This document shows positions 14,983 to 30,679 of a stretch of 64,000 nucleotides of DNA, piece by piece. The stretch is from Chrysomallon squamiferum (lineage: Eukaryota; Animalia; Mollusca). A program made the position numbers and the translations under genes. Each line of letters opens with the position of its first letter. Within the stretch, counting starts at the first letter, position 1. The notes below the pieces were generated by a model that did not search any database, was not told the origin of the DNA, and saw only the letters and a list, made by a program, of their open reading frames with translations. Location of the stretch: assembly GCA_012295275.1 (NCBI GenBank), contig CM022675.1, positions 11,284,001 to 11,348,000 on the forward strand. The letters are read 5' to 3'.

Positions 14983-15068
<86 letters not shown>
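14983..15068. repeat. (GA)n microsatellite
   Basis: Directly visible. Confidence 0.95.
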
Positions 15069-15070
<2 letters not shown>

Positions 15071-15522
15071 AAAACATACACTAATGTATGTATCACTATA
15101 TGTACATACATAGTCAGTATAAATTTATATATATTTTTTTTTTTCACCCATCATATGTTTTGTCATTCTCTCTGTGATATTATATTGAAAATTATAAACA
15201 TAAATACGGTGTCCTTAGTCCAAGATCTGCCTCTAAAAATATCAAAGGCATGTAGAACATTATATTTGTATTATAATAAAGTTTGTTTATATTCTATGTT
15301 ACGTCTTATGTGTGTATGTTATTATATGACGCATCCGAGGTTATGTTTATTTATCCTAATACACTGACTGAAAAAGTTCGAAAAATGGCGAGAAATGAAC
15401 TGAGTGCAAGTGCACCGAGTATGTCTCTCTTTTAATTATTTTAGATGTGCATGAGTTTCTGTGTTGCATTTCGCTAGAAGTAATTCATTAAGCAGCTGTT
15501 TGTGTGCTTGCATATGTAGTGA

Positions 15523-16085
<563 letters not shown>

Positions 16086-16449
16086 CAGTTATTTTTACTA
16101 CCCCCTGGACAAGACAATAAACGGACACACGATCTACTTTTTAAGTGTGATGTATCTGGTATACGACTTAGCACTGAATATGCATATCTTATTACTGAAG
16201 TGTTTAGATTAGAGATCGTGTTTTATGGCAGCATACAGAAGTGACTTTAAAACTGTCTCGTATAATTATATATACATATAACTGGCGGATCACAGAGACC
16301 TCATTTGTGGCCGTGTCAAATGTGTGCACAATGGAATTAAGTCTTTTGTTGTTATTGTTCTTTCACACTGTGCTGCAGTTGATGATGTTCTTTTGTTTGT
16401 CGATGCTGTTTCTGTTTTTGTTATTGTTAGTAGTTATCAGTTGTTGTTA

Positions 16450-16555
<106 letters not shown>

Positions 16556-16674
16556 ATTGTTGTTGTTGTGGTTATTGTTATTATTGTTATTATTACTGAT
16601 GTGTCGTGTTTCTTTATTTATTTTTATTCTGCTTATAAACTAATTACTTTTTTTACGTTAATCAAAACTTAGGT

Positions 16675-16705
<31 letters not shown>

Positions 16706-17699
16706 TTTTTTTATTTATTTTATTTTATTTTTAGTTTGTTTTATTTTATTTTATTCCGAGAGAAGGGAATTTATAAAGCAAAATATTATTTGTTTGTTTT
16801 AAATGTCAAATTACTGTAGAGAATGATGCAATAGTGATACAAAATATGTGACATCTAAATCAGAAACTTTTATTATGCTTTATTAAACATGTTAAGTAAT
16901 ACATTTATAGCATTTGAATTAATTTCCGAATGTTCTAATTTTTAGTCTTTCGTTCATTCATTCATTCATTCATTCATTTATTCATTTATTCCTTTTCAGT
17001 GTCTTAAATTTAAAGTTTAATTTTACGTTAATGATTTTTTTATCATTATTATTTTGTTTTGTTTTAAAAGATAATTAGTTTAAATATATATATTTATTTA
17101 TTCATTTATTTACTTACTTATTTATTTGTAGATGACAATATGCCATTAATTTAACTGATTTCAATCAGGTTATGGCAAAGTTCGAATACACTGGTAGTCA
17201 AAATTATTCATAATAATGTTTCCACTATTCAGCGTTTTATCCGCCCTGAGAAAGAAAGTTGTGAATTTATTATGCTAGTTAATTGATTCAGGTTTTATTT
17301 TATATTATTATTTATTTCATCTTTTATTTTTATTTAAATTTATTTTTTCTTAAAATTGTCTCCTGTTTTGTTTTGTTTTCTTCTACTTCTGTCTGAACTG
17401 TTAAATTATTATTATTATTGTTGTTGTTGTTGTTGTTGTTGTTCTTGTTGTTCTTCTTCTTCTTCTTCTTAATTCACCTCACCCTTCATAAGTAACATAC
17501 AGAGAAACACGCACAAAACAACGCACAAACTCAACATTCAAACACTACGCAAATTTACTTTAAGAATTATTAGACCTTGAGTACATATGGTATGACGCAA
17601 TGCCTTTTCATATGATTTATTTTATTTTTAAATATATTTAATTCGTTTTATTTTACATTTCAAAAAGAAAGATTAAAAGGAAAAATGAAAATAATTATT

Positions 17700-17735
17700 A
17701 TCAATAGTAGTAACAGCAGTAATAGTAATAGTAGA

Positions 17736-17788
<53 letters not shown>

Positions 17789-17793
17789 TGATG

Positions 17794-17836
<43 letters not shown>

Positions 17837-18081
17837 CAACAACAACAATAATAATAATAATAACAACAACAACAACGATGACGACTATAACCATACGTTC
17901 CTTTCTTATCTTTCAATTTCCACCTCGAATCTTTTCAATGGATAAAACACGGGTTTTAAAAAAAAAAAAATGTCTCTCAGTCTGTGTGTCTGTCTGTCTG
18001 TTCAAATTGCAGGCCTCTTCTCCTATTCACATCTCCTATTCTTTAACGAACAAATATTTCAGGTAATGATTAAGTTTTCAA

Positions 18082-18118
<37 letters not shown>

Positions 18119-18463
18119 TCTCTGAAGTAATATTTGCATAATGACAGGCCACAAACGTTAAACTCCTGAGCCATTAACTGAATATTTTAATTCGTAAATT
18201 TGCGGTACACTGCACGTAGTTTAACGAGCCGTACACTTTCACTGTTAGCGTATCGGTACAAAATAACAGCGTATTTTTTTTTTTTTTTGTAAGACGTACC
18301 TCGAATATAATATAACCCGCAACAAACCACAACTCCTTTTTTATTGTGTGCGTCGTTTTGTGTTGTGTGTGTGTGTGTGTGTGTGTGCGTGCAATTCATT
18401 CTTGGGTGTATGGGTTATGTTTTTTTGTTGGTGGTCTTATTACTGTTGTTATTATTATTGTTG

Positions 18464-18521
<58 letters not shown>

Positions 18522-18633
18522 CATCATCACTGTCTTGCTTGTGTCTGTTATCAGTTTGTACTTTCTTTATTTTCTGTCTTTTTAAAAATATTAATAATAA
18601 CAACAACAATAACAATAACAACAACAACAACAC

Positions 18634-18673
<40 letters not shown>

Positions 18674-18805
18674 TAGCAAGAACAACAAAAATAACAACAA
18701 CATAAAACAAACCACTCGAGAAGCATATGCATATTATTATTATTATTATTGTTGTTGTTGTTATTGTTGTTGTTGTTGTTGTTGTTGTTGTTATTATTAT
18801 TATTT
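17700..18805. repeat. Alternating-orientation (AAT/AAC)n and (TAT/TGT)n trinucleotide arrays around a small unique block
   Basis: AAT 17736-17876, TAT 18449-18520, AAT/AAC 18592-18700, TAT/TGT 18732-18803. Confidence 0.9.
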
Positions 18806-19788
18806 TCTTATTTGTATCTGCTATCAAATTTACCGTATCATTATTTCGTTAAAACAAAAATGAAAATAAATAAAATAAAAAAAAATGAAAAAAGAAACAA
18901 GAAATGGAAACAGAAAAATGAATTTATTACATATGAGAACACAAGGCGTTCCTTTCCATATTTCCATTACATTATTTCCATTAACTGTGTGTTAATATTA
19001 TTTTTATTTATATCATTGTTTTCATCATGATCATTATCGTCGACATCATCATTATAATCACTATTATCATCATCATCATCATCAACAATACGGTTTATTT
19101 ATTTGTTTTTGGTTTCACTTTTCAAATTCGTAACACACTGAAAGCTAACTCCATTGCAGTGAACATGTTTCTGTAAACCGATCTTTCTTTTAATGTATTT
19201 GGTTGATTCATCTTTGGCTTCATTTCTTACACTATTTCAAGTAACGAATAAACGATTAACAATACTTATCTGTTTATAATTACACCGATATCTTTTATCG
19301 TGTCGAGAACGTGTTGCTTATTTTATATTGTCACTGTTGTTTGTGTTGCAGTTATCATCACTGTATCATCATAATCATAAGCATTATTACAATAAGTATT
19401 ATTACAAATGTTGTTTGTTAATGTTAATATTATTGTTATTGTTGCTGTTATTATTATTATCTAAGTGTGCATTAAGATTTCAACAGCGTTATCAAAATCT
19501 AGTTTTGTTATTATTTTTGGGTTCTTTTTAATGTCTGTGTGCGCGCGTGTGTGTGTGTTTTTGTTCAGGGTTCATTTATTTGTTTTAATATTAAAAAGTG
19601 ACAATGAACTACCACCGTCTTTCAGTAGTTTGAGTGTTTACTCAAATAATCTTTAGAGGGAGAGAACTCGTAAAGGTTTGGTTACAGGTAATTCTTAGAC
19701 TAAGTCTTTGTGGATTTTGCTTTTACAGTTTAATGTGACTTCTTCTAAGACAATATATCATATGGAAATATAAAAATGGTTAACGGAA

Positions 19789-19840
<52 letters not shown>

Positions 19841-19923
19841 GTAGTAGTAGTAGTAGTAGTAGTAGTTGTAGCAATAGCAATTATAAATATATTTAGGTTA
19901 TTAATTTGCTGTTGGGAGAGAGA

Positions 19924-20011
<88 letters not shown>

Positions 20012-20073
20012 AATTTGGTCTCTTACTTTATCATGCAGATAGTCACAGAGACAAACAAACATTTATAAAGTCA

Positions 20074-20145
20074 CACATACACATGCATATAAGCACATGC
20101 ACATGCATATAAGAACATACACATGCACATAAGCACATACACATA
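20074..20145. repeat. 20-bp minisatellite, about 3.6 copies (CACATACACATGCATATAAG)
   Basis: Units start at 20074, 20094, 20114 and 20134. Confidence 0.9.
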
Positions 20146-21829
20146 AAAAAGATACATACTTACAGACAGAGTTGTTCGTATATTACCATAGGCAAATAAA
20201 AAAATAAAAATAAAATAAAAATCATCGGATTTTTGTTTATCATGTAAGCTCCAAAGTTTATGTAATCTTTAGATAAAGTGCGTACTAAACATTGGAAAGT
20301 TGTCTTCTTTTTTTTTCCTTCTAATTTCTTTTTCTTTCATTCTTGTTCTGAATAAAACGCTTTGAAGTCTGTCTTGTGCACACATTATCGGTCTCCATTT
20401 TGTCTTTGATGTTTTGATTTATGAACATTGCTTCGATACCCATCTAGGGACAAAACTTCAATTTTTTTTTTTTTATTTTTTATTTTTGTACGGTTTAGAT
20501 TTTCGTTTTTCTTGTTATTTGTTTCCCCTTAATTGAGTAATTTTAAGATATGTTTTCTATATTTGGAATAGCCGTTATTTATCTCTATCTATATTAGGTT
20601 TAGTCTATTTAGGCATACATTTTTGATATTTAATAATTCCGTATGTAGATTATTCCAGTTTTGGAGAAGTATATTCCATTACAATGTAAGTTTCCTCGCC
20701 TTTTCATTCGTTTATCTTACCATCTTACTTTCGCCCTGTGCTCTATCTTTAATTTGCAATCTACTTTTCTTTCTCTCTGGAATTAATTTCTTTCTTTTCC
20801 GCTTTTATTTTCTTTCTCTTGTTTTCTTTTATTCGCCTGTGATATTATGCTGATATATGTATTTATATATACATATGCATGCATGTATATATTTAATAAT
20901 AACAATAGCAGTATCAGTTATAATAACACCATAATTAACATCAACAGCAGTAACAACAACTACAACAACAAAAATAAGTTGAAAAAATTAAACCGTAAAG
21001 AATAAAGAATATTGCAATATATACATCAGAAAACGTATTAAAAAAAAAAAAGAAAGAAAGAAAGAAATAAACAAATAAACAAATAAATAATCTCTAAAAA
21101 AAATAAATAAATAAATAAATAAAATATAAATAATCTAAAAAAAAAAAAAAATAAAATAAAATAAAGTTTACTTTCTGTCCATTGCATTATGTATTAATAT
21201 TTTAATAAACATAAATTATTTTGTATATAAACGATGATTTTACAACTAATTAAACTTGTATGAAATAGATATATGAATATATATTTTAATGAGATTTATT
21301 TGATTATATGGGATATATTTAACTGAATAAAAAGAGAGAGAAAAATATAAAATAAATAATAATATTCAAATGGTAACTTTATTATTACAATATGAAATTA
21401 TACACACATAAATAGATAATAAAGGCATATTATTTTGATTCTGTTCAAACTAAATCACTTTCCATTTCATTGTAATGCTATTAAACACTTGATTTATTGA
21501 TTTATTCATTTATTCACTTATTTATTTATCTATTTATTTATTTATTAACTCATTTATTTATTTATTTACTTATTTATTTATTTATTTATTTATTCGTTCA
21601 TTCATTCTTTCATTCATTTATTTATTTATTCAATCATTCACTTATTTATTTACTTCTTGGTTCGTTAGCTTGTTTGTTTGTTTAATTATTATTTTGTTGT
21701 TGATGTTGCGACTTTTTTTCTGTTTTTTCCTTTCTTTTTTTATTTAATTTTCTTTTTTTGTTTTTGTCATTGATTTATTCATTCAGTTTGGTTGTAATTT
21801 TCATTGTTTTTCTTCTTCTTTTTCTTCTT

Positions 21830-21893
<64 letters not shown>

Positions 21894-22272
21894 TATCATC
21901 ATCAATATCGTCATTCTTATTATCGTTCATTCACTGATCTAGTTCAGTCAAACATCACATATAGTTAGACATGAACACAAAAAAAAGAGTAAATAAATAA
22001 TAAATAAATAAATAGAACAGAATAGAAAAATAAATTAGTTAATTAACAGATACATGTATATTGATAGTGTTATTATTGTTGTTATTACTATTATTATTAT
22101 TATTATTATATTATTATCATCATCATCATTATCTTTGTAGACTAAGCGATGTATATTTATACTAGTACAGAGACTTATTTGAAATAAAAGTAATCAAAAA
22201 GAATAGTAGATGTATTTGTCAACTTAAATTATTTTCACAATCACTATTATTATTATTTATTAGTAATATAAT

Positions 22273-22348
<76 letters not shown>

Positions 22349-22919
22349 TTATTATTATTATTTTTTTTTTTTTTGACTGAAATAAAATACAGTAACAGAT
22401 TTACATGGAAGGATAAACAAACATACTGTAAGATGGACACTATTACGTTTCGACGAAATAGGTATATGGAAGTGGGTTTATATATAATTATGTACGTGTG
22501 TATATACGTGAATGGAAGAAAACGTGAAGGGACAGACTAACCGAAGGACAGATTGATGGATGGATAAGATGGATGGACGAAAGGCAATGACAAATGAGAT
22601 CGCGTTGAAATAATGAATTTTTTTTCTCCAAGACAAACAATTTAAACTCGCCGTGTCGTCTCTTAATTAAAACCAAATATATAATTATGCATTTTTTTTT
22701 TTATCTCTCGGCTTGTCAACCAGTTTATTTTATTTACTTTGGAACAAACTCGATATGTCAATAAATCGTAAACAACGCCGAAGGTTTGGGTTTTTTTGCA
22801 ACGTCCGTAACACCGTCTACGGCATCCTAATATATCGTCTGCTGCAAATAACGAAGCAGACGAAGAAATTGACAGCAGAAATAAAAAAAAAAAAAATGAA
22901 AAAAAAAAAAACATGACAC

Positions 22920-23250
22920 TACTCTGCCTGGTCTCCTAGCAGCTGTGTGGATCAGTCGTTTGGGTAAAGAAAGAGACAACTTTTTTTTTCCTCATTTCTC
23001 GCGAAAATTTATTATTACCGTGATTTAACGAGATCAATGGACGATTTCGACTTCAAAGGGAAGCCGCCATAACTGGAAGCCATGGGGCTAACAAAGGTCA
23101 AATTTGAAAGCCGAAATGGCAATAAATCTTTCCCCATGCTTGCCGATGGTGATGCAAATGTGCCCCTCCGAAGCTATGGGCAGGCTATGACGTCGACAAT
23201 CTCATACGATCCTTGATCCTAGCCAGAACAAATCTAAAATTTATGTCCGC
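22920..23250. promoter_or_regulatory. Candidate bipartite Wnt response element island
   Basis: CTTCAAAGGG 23051-23060 followed after 2 bp by Helper consensus GCCGCCA 23063-23069; AGATCAATGG ~23031; AACAAAGGTCA ~23090; octamer ATGCAAAT ~23152. Confidence 0.5.
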
Positions 23251-23251
23251 A

Positions 23252-23296
<45 letters not shown>

Positions 23297-23730
23297 CCCT
23301 TTAAAAAAATTGAAAAAAAAAAAAAAAGGATAGAATGAAATAACTTTGATAGCAAATGAAAAAAAATATATATATATAAAAAATAATAATGAATTAAAAA
23401 AAGCCAAACAAGGCCAAAATCTGGTTTAGTTTAGATGAAACTGTTGTTTTGCATTCGGCATCGATTTGAACGCGATCAAAGTTTAAGTTGAACTGGGAGG
23501 TCTCACTTCACTGTTAGAAAAGTCGTAAATTTGGAAGGGAATCTTAGAAACGTCTAATGAAGAAGTATGATCATTTCTGTCTTGCTTTGAAGTTTGGATT
23601 CGGAAGAGAAAAAAAATGATATCGATCTTAAGAAAGTCGTCCCAAGTGCAGTATGTAGATTGATTCACTGTCTCTCGTGTTTTTTTTTTTTTTTGTCAAC
23701 TTAATAATTTTGGAGTTCTTTCGAAAATAA

Positions 23731-23807
<77 letters not shown>

Positions 23808-24246
23808 ATCTTAGAATACATATCCTAGATTTCATGGGTGGCTTGACGAATTCTTCTCAATGCTTCCGTTCCAGCCATTGCCTTGCATTTGGATTATCAA
23901 AGACATGACACGTGCTTTTCTGAAGTTGCCTATTAACCATATCTTGCTGATGATTGTAAATGATGATCCTATCGCCTGAATGTAGATGGTTTCTTCGTCA
24001 GAATTTGTACAGCTTTAAATATCTATGTGTGTGTGTATATATATATATCTTGGTGATATCTTTTCTTACGATTCTTTTTTGAAGATTATGGCAGATTATA
24101 ATAATGTTTCCTTCTTTTCTTTCTTTAAGTAATGCGCTCCTTTTCAAACTTCTGAAAAGAAAGAGAGTGAAAAACATTTTACATACGACAGTTGTAAAAA
24201 CGATTATGTAAAAGTAAAACCACAATAAATTCAATAACAACAGCAG

Positions 24247-24278
<32 letters not shown>

Positions 24279-24520
24279 CAACAACAATAATAATAGCTGT
24301 AATTTATTCCTTATTCAATATCTACTACTGATACTGCTGACGCTGCTGCTGTTACTTCTACAACTACGACAAAGTCAATGTTTCGTGCTGCTGTGATAGA
24401 TTTTTATTTATATTGCACCAGCGTATTTACTTAGTAATTGTTACTTTTAAACTTCGTATTTTTATTTTTTCTACTGTAGTATTACAATTATGTACAGTTC
24501 GTCTGTAATTTACAATATTT

Positions 24521-24600
24521 ATTTATTTATTTATTTATTTATAATTTTCTATGTTTGTTTATTTATTTATTTATTTATTTATAATTTTCTATGTTTGTTT
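24521..24600. repeat. Exact 40-bp tandem duplication
   Basis: 24521-24560 is identical to 24561-24600. Confidence 0.9.
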
Positions 24601-24914
24601 GTTTATTTATTTATTTATTTGTATCATTAATTTTTGTTATTGTTTGATGGATATTAGTGTTATTAAACCTAATTTTCATGAAATGATGATGATTATTATA
24701 AAAAAAATATAATGGGAGCAATATTAATAATTATGACGACAACAAGAACAACAACCACAACAATAATAATAATAGCAGTAATAACAATAAGAAAGAAAAA
24801 TATAGTGCATCAGGTAATAACATCTTATTTATTTCTGTGTAAATGCTAAAAGTAATTTCATATAAAAAAACAAAAAAATAAATTAAAAAATAGAACAGAA
24901 CAACAACGATATAA

Positions 24915-24958
<44 letters not shown>

Positions 24959-24977
24959 TAATAATAATAATAACAAC

Positions 24978-25035
<58 letters not shown>

Positions 25036-25769
25036 TATGCCACTTTATAAATTTATTAAGTCACTGTATTATTTGTCTAATTTAATTATTAATCTTTTCT
25101 TTGTTTTTTTATGTTGTTTTTTATGTTGTTTTTTTATTTTATTTTATTTTATTTTATTTTATTATTATTATTTGTTTTCATTATTTGTAAACTTTGCAGT
25201 GAACTTTCACTGAACGGTATAGGTCTGGAGACTCAGTTTGTAAGGATCATTTACGGTACTGTCTAAAAGTAAGACAGAGACCAAAAACTTGTACCAAAGT
25301 TGGAAATGTACGAATTAAAGGAAGTGGACGTAGTAGTTATTGTAGTAGTAGTAGTAGTAATAGTAGTATTAGTAATAGTAGTAGCAGTAGTAATAGCAGC
25401 AGTAGCAGCAGTAGTAGTAGTAACAGCAGTACTACTAGTAGTAGTAATAGTACTTCTAGTAGTGGTGGTACTAGAAAAAATAGTAGTGGTTGTATTATTA
25501 CCGCTACTTTTATTATTACTACTGCTGTTGCTGCTACTACTACTACTACTACTATATATATATTTATATATCTTTTTTTTAAAGCTTTCTTACCATTGGA
25601 TCAAAAAAAAAAAAAAAAAAATAAAAAAATAAATAAATTCAAACAAGGAATATAACAATAAAAATAACTGTGGTGTGATAGTCATTGTTAACACTATGTA
25701 TAGTAATTTGTATTAAACAAACAAAATAAAATAACAACAAATAAAAAAAAATAATAATAATAAAAAATA

Positions 25770-25837
<68 letters not shown>

Positions 25838-25889
25838 CTGAAGTTTTCTCTCAAAGCGCTTCGAACCGACAACTTGTTATCTCTCCTGC

Positions 25890-26192
25890 ACACCTAACAC
25901 AGAAACACACGTACACACACACACAGACACAGCCACACACACACACACACACACATTCACAGACACACAGACACTACTCTCACATACAAACATACACACA
26001 CACATACACCTCACACACACACACACACACCCATACCTACAAAACACACACACACACCTCACACACACACCCACACATCCCACACGCACACCCCCACACA
26101 CACACCTACACACACAGACACACCTACACACACACCTACACACACACCTACAACACACACCCACACACAACAACAACAACAAAAACCCACCC
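25890..26192. repeat. Degenerate CA-rich array
   Basis: Directly visible, with recurring CACACCTA subunits. Confidence 0.9.
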
Positions 26193-26870
26193 ATCTCCTC
26201 CGTCGTGAACTCAGTGCACCTGCGTTAGCCGTAGACAAACATGCATTTGAAAAGAGCGGATATTCTCCATTAATCGGTTTACCAGCTCACTTCAGCGTGA
26301 AAACACCCCACGTATGATTACAACCCTCGAAAGTCAGCCCCCAAAAAGAGCCAATACCGCAACAACATTTAGCTACATAAACAAGTAAGTTTTTTTTTTT
26401 TTTTTTTTTTTTTTTCTTTTTTCTGTATGGTTTTGTTTTGTTTCCGTTAGGCCCACGAAAACCCTTTTAAGTCCACGGGCGAAACCGAGATCAAAGGGAA
26501 TCTACGATTGTCAGTTGTGACGCGTCGGCAAATCGACATAAAAGATCATTGACGTGTGGATTACCTCAGCGATTCCGTGTAACATGAATCGTTGAAAAGG
26601 TAACCGGTGTCGTTTTGCAAAAAAAAAAAAAAAAAAAAAAAAAGGTTATAAAGACGTTTGTTGACGGTGTACAAAACAGGCCCGGGTAAAATGAACACTC
26701 GAGTGTCTCGTAACAGAAAGAAAGAAAGAAATCTCTTCTCTCCCCGAATCAATGAACGTTTCCGACTACTACACGGTAGTTTTCGGTTGTTTTCGGTATT
26801 TTTCTTCTTTTTTTTTTTTTTTTCCAGTGGGTGGGTGTGACATATCGAACAGCGTAGAGGTGTGGGTAGT
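26193..26870. promoter_or_regulatory. Candidate enhancer island split by poly(dA:dT) tracts
   Basis: Optimal TCF site AGATCAAAGGG 26488-26498 directly preceded by ACCG; many CpGs. Confidence 0.45.
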
Positions 26871-27232
26871 TCTTTTTTTTTTTTTTTGCCCTTCCCGTAT
26901 TTCTGCTATAAGACTTTTTTAAAATTGATTGATTTATTTATTGATTGATTGATTTATTTGATTCTTTTTTTTTTTAAATTCATTTTTAAATTTTTTTTTT
27001 AAAATTCATCTTTTTGTTGTTGTTGTTTGAATAATAATAATAATTATAATAATAATAATAATAGTAGTAGTAGTAGTAGTTGTTGTTGTAGTAGTAGTAG
27101 TTGGTGTTGTGGTTGTCGTAGTGGTAGTTGTAGTCGTAGACGTAGATAATAGTCATCATCATAAACACATTTTTATCAATACTTTGGCATTTTGGGAATT
27201 TTCAACATGTCTATAAAAATTATTATTATAAA

Positions 27233-27274
<42 letters not shown>

Positions 27275-27416
27275 GTTATTATTATTTCTTCCCTTTTTCG
27301 TGTAGTATATAACATTTTTTTATGCTTTTTGTTTCTCTAAATATTGGCCATTTCATTACCATTTACTTACATTTATTTTTTTTTCTTTCCTTGTATCATT
27401 TTGCATTCTACACACA

Positions 27417-27463
<47 letters not shown>

Positions 27464-27598
27464 ACACACAAACATACACACATTATACCACACATATATC
27501 ATTACTTTATAAACAAATAAAGAAAAAAAGAAAAGAAAGAAAGACAAAAATGGAATATTAGACAGTTAACGAAATCAGTAACGTGCACAGACACGCAA

Positions 27599-27641
<43 letters not shown>

Positions 27642-30063
27642 AGCTCGCATACCAAGTTTGCTCTAAACCAGTTTTAAATATCATTTAGCACTGTTGAATC
27701 CACCTTCTCCAACCTCAAAGAAGAAATCAAAGTTTATAAACGAGAAGATATTTTAAAATACATGTTCCCACAGTTTATGTGCAATGATTTTCTGACAATA
27801 AGATTAATCGTGCAAAAAAAAAAAAAAAAAAAGAAGAAAAAATATAGAAATGGAAAAAATAAAAAGCTAAGCCAAGGAAATAAAAGTATCCATGCTTCTT
27901 TCCCATCATTAAGAGGACTGCCACTCTCTACTGTAGGAGTTAATTCTATTCATTTTTATGAATAATGTTGCTAATGGTGTTAAAAGTTTCAACCCTTTTT
28001 TCACGATTATTGATAAAATGTTTCTCTTTTAGTTTCCCAAGATCATGTAATACAAAGGACAGTCATAAACAGACAAAACAACCAAATAAATAAATAAGTA
28101 AGTGAATGAACACATAAATAAATACAAAATAAATAAAGAAAGAAAGAAAGAAAAGAAAGAAAGAAAGAAAGAAAAAAGAAAAAGAAAGAAAGAAAGATGG
28201 AAATAAATAAATAGAATAAAAATAAATAAATAATAATTAAAAAATAACATCAGTTTGAAGAAGCACTGGATTTCCAGACTGTTCACAAATTGAAGACTAT
28301 TTATATTTACCATCATCTTATGTGTATATATCATGTAACAGAAATTAAAAAGTATTTATATCTATTTTAATCTGCATTTTTTTTACCCAATGTCCATATC
28401 TTTTTATATCCACTGTCAATAGAAATTATTTTGATTTATACAAATCGCATTAAGACGCTGTCTTGAATATTCTGAATATAAGAATAAAGGAACTGCCACT
28501 AGATACGTAATTTAAAACGATCGCATGACTTAAATATAGAAGAAATAATACTCTGGTCATAGGTTTTATTCTAAATGACTTTTATTGAGAATTATATATT
28601 TCTGTGGTTTGGCGTAGATATATAAAATCCGAACCGGAACAGTAGAACTAATTTCGGAAACATACTCTGAAGACATTGTCTGAACAGAAAAAAAAAAAAA
28701 AAAAAAGTTGGTTTGGTCAATACCGAACTCGGACAACAGGCACACCAATTTTCATTCACGTTGTACCAGATTCAATCATCGATATTACGACTGCTTCTAT
28801 TTGCCAGTGTTCGTATCAAAGATATCGTGTAGATCTGGGAAGTATATTCACACGCGGACAATGGAAACTCCGTCCGAATGAAGACTTCGTGCAGAAGACC
28901 GCGGAACCTTTCTTCACAGCAATCACACTGATTGTCAAAACCCTCAACCAAATCGTTGTTTTTCTTTCAGTCCAGCGAACGCCATACATCATTGATTCTT
29001 TTTTTTTTTTTTTTTTTTACGACTCGCGTTGCCTTTCGGTATCAAGCTCTGGCTAATTGCCTTTTCACAATCGCCAGTCACCACCCGATAATATTATTTA
29101 TTTTGGTCTAGGGGGTCATTTTGCAACGGGGTTGCTAATTAAGGTTATTCACCGGACATGCTTATCAACAGGATAGGAAATGAAGAATAATTTAGGAGCT
29201 TCGGAACATTATTTTTATTATTTTTATTTTTTTTTCTCTCTCTCTCGATTGTGTTTTTCTGAACTGACCATCCCTTTTCTCTGATTTTTATTTTTTTTTC
29301 TGTTCGTTTCTTTTGAAATAAAATAGTTGGTCGAGTTCAAAGCAAATGTCAAAAGAAGTACTGGACAAAAAGAATGGATACAAATAAATATAAGAATGAG
29401 AAATCAATGTAGTTCTTGGCTTGTATAAGCCATAGCAATAATTTCTTGGCCAACACGCTATTGATATGATTCTCAGATGTGTATTTTTATTATGATATGT
29501 GTGATAACAGCGAAAAAAAAAAAAAAAGAAAGAAAAGAAAAGAAAAATAAAGAAAAGAAAAGAAAAGAAAAAAGAAAAGGTCTAAAGATGGTGTAAATAA
29601 AGATTGTAAATTAAATGAAGAAAAAATAAAGAAAATATAAATAGTTCTTTTTTCCGTCAGTCATCTGTGAACGTGCCTACGTTCAAGAAAGGTTAAAGCA
29701 ACACTCGCGTGGGTGTGAAATGCTGGCATTTGTTGTTTGTGAAAGAAAATATTAAATTAGTACAAAATTTGAGAAAATAAAATTTGTTAGATAGTTTTTA
29801 CATGAAATTAGGTCACTGCTAATTTCTGTAGAAAGCGGGGAAAAAAAAAATTAAATTAAAATAAATATATACATAAAAAAAAAAAAAAAAAGAAGGAAAA
29901 TAAATAAAGAAAGAAAAGAAAAAAGTGCTTAAGCTATTAACACCGTATCTATTTTTTAGTTCATAATGAAAATAAACTGATAAAAATAAAATAAAAATAA
30001 GAATAACAAAACAACAACAACAATGATATAAATAATAATAGTAATAGTAATAATATAGTAATG

Positions 30064-30099
<36 letters not shown>

Positions 30100-30145
30100 T
30101 TGTAATGATAATAATAATAATGATGATGATGATGATGATAAAATA

Positions 30146-30196
<51 letters not shown>

Positions 30197-30455
30197 TAAA
30201 TGACATATACAATGAAATAGAAAATAAACACTAAAAATTTACTTTAGTACTTCTACTACTACTACAATTAATACTTCTACTACCATTAATAGTGCCATTT
30301 TATTTGTTATTTTCAGTTTCATTGTATATAAGCAGCACCTTAAGATTTTTATATCTTTTAACCATTTTGTATATCTTAGACAATATTATAAAATTAAAAA
30401 TACACAAAAATAAAACTGAATTTAAAGACATAAAATCAAACTTGAATTTACGTTA

Positions 30456-30530
<75 letters not shown>

Positions 30531-30610
30531 GTTATTATTATTATAGGCTAGTGGTATTACTAGAAGCTGAGAAAGTTTAAAATTATCATATTTGTTTCTC
30601 TATTCTCTTC

Positions 30611-30642
<32 letters not shown>

Positions 30643-30648
30643 CTTCTT

Positions 30649-30679
<31 letters not shown>

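Noticed and set aside
18013-18062. 50-nt AG...GT bounded micro-exon candidate; also lone donors at ~7727 (minus), ~9321 (minus) and ~26385 (plus)
   Set aside because: Isolated splice-like signals are expected by chance, and no consistent strand or frame chain emerges.
20546-20566. AGATATGTTTTCTATATTTGG resembles mature miR-190 as I recall it (two central mismatches)
   Set aside because: There is no complementary star arm at pre-miRNA distance. The sequence is AT-rich and part of a local TCTATWTWRGG-like repetition, and no talin exons are visible.
28676-29056. 126-aa ORF in a unique island
   Set aside because: It has a non-ATG start, spans a poly-A and a poly-T tract, and has no recognisable homology.
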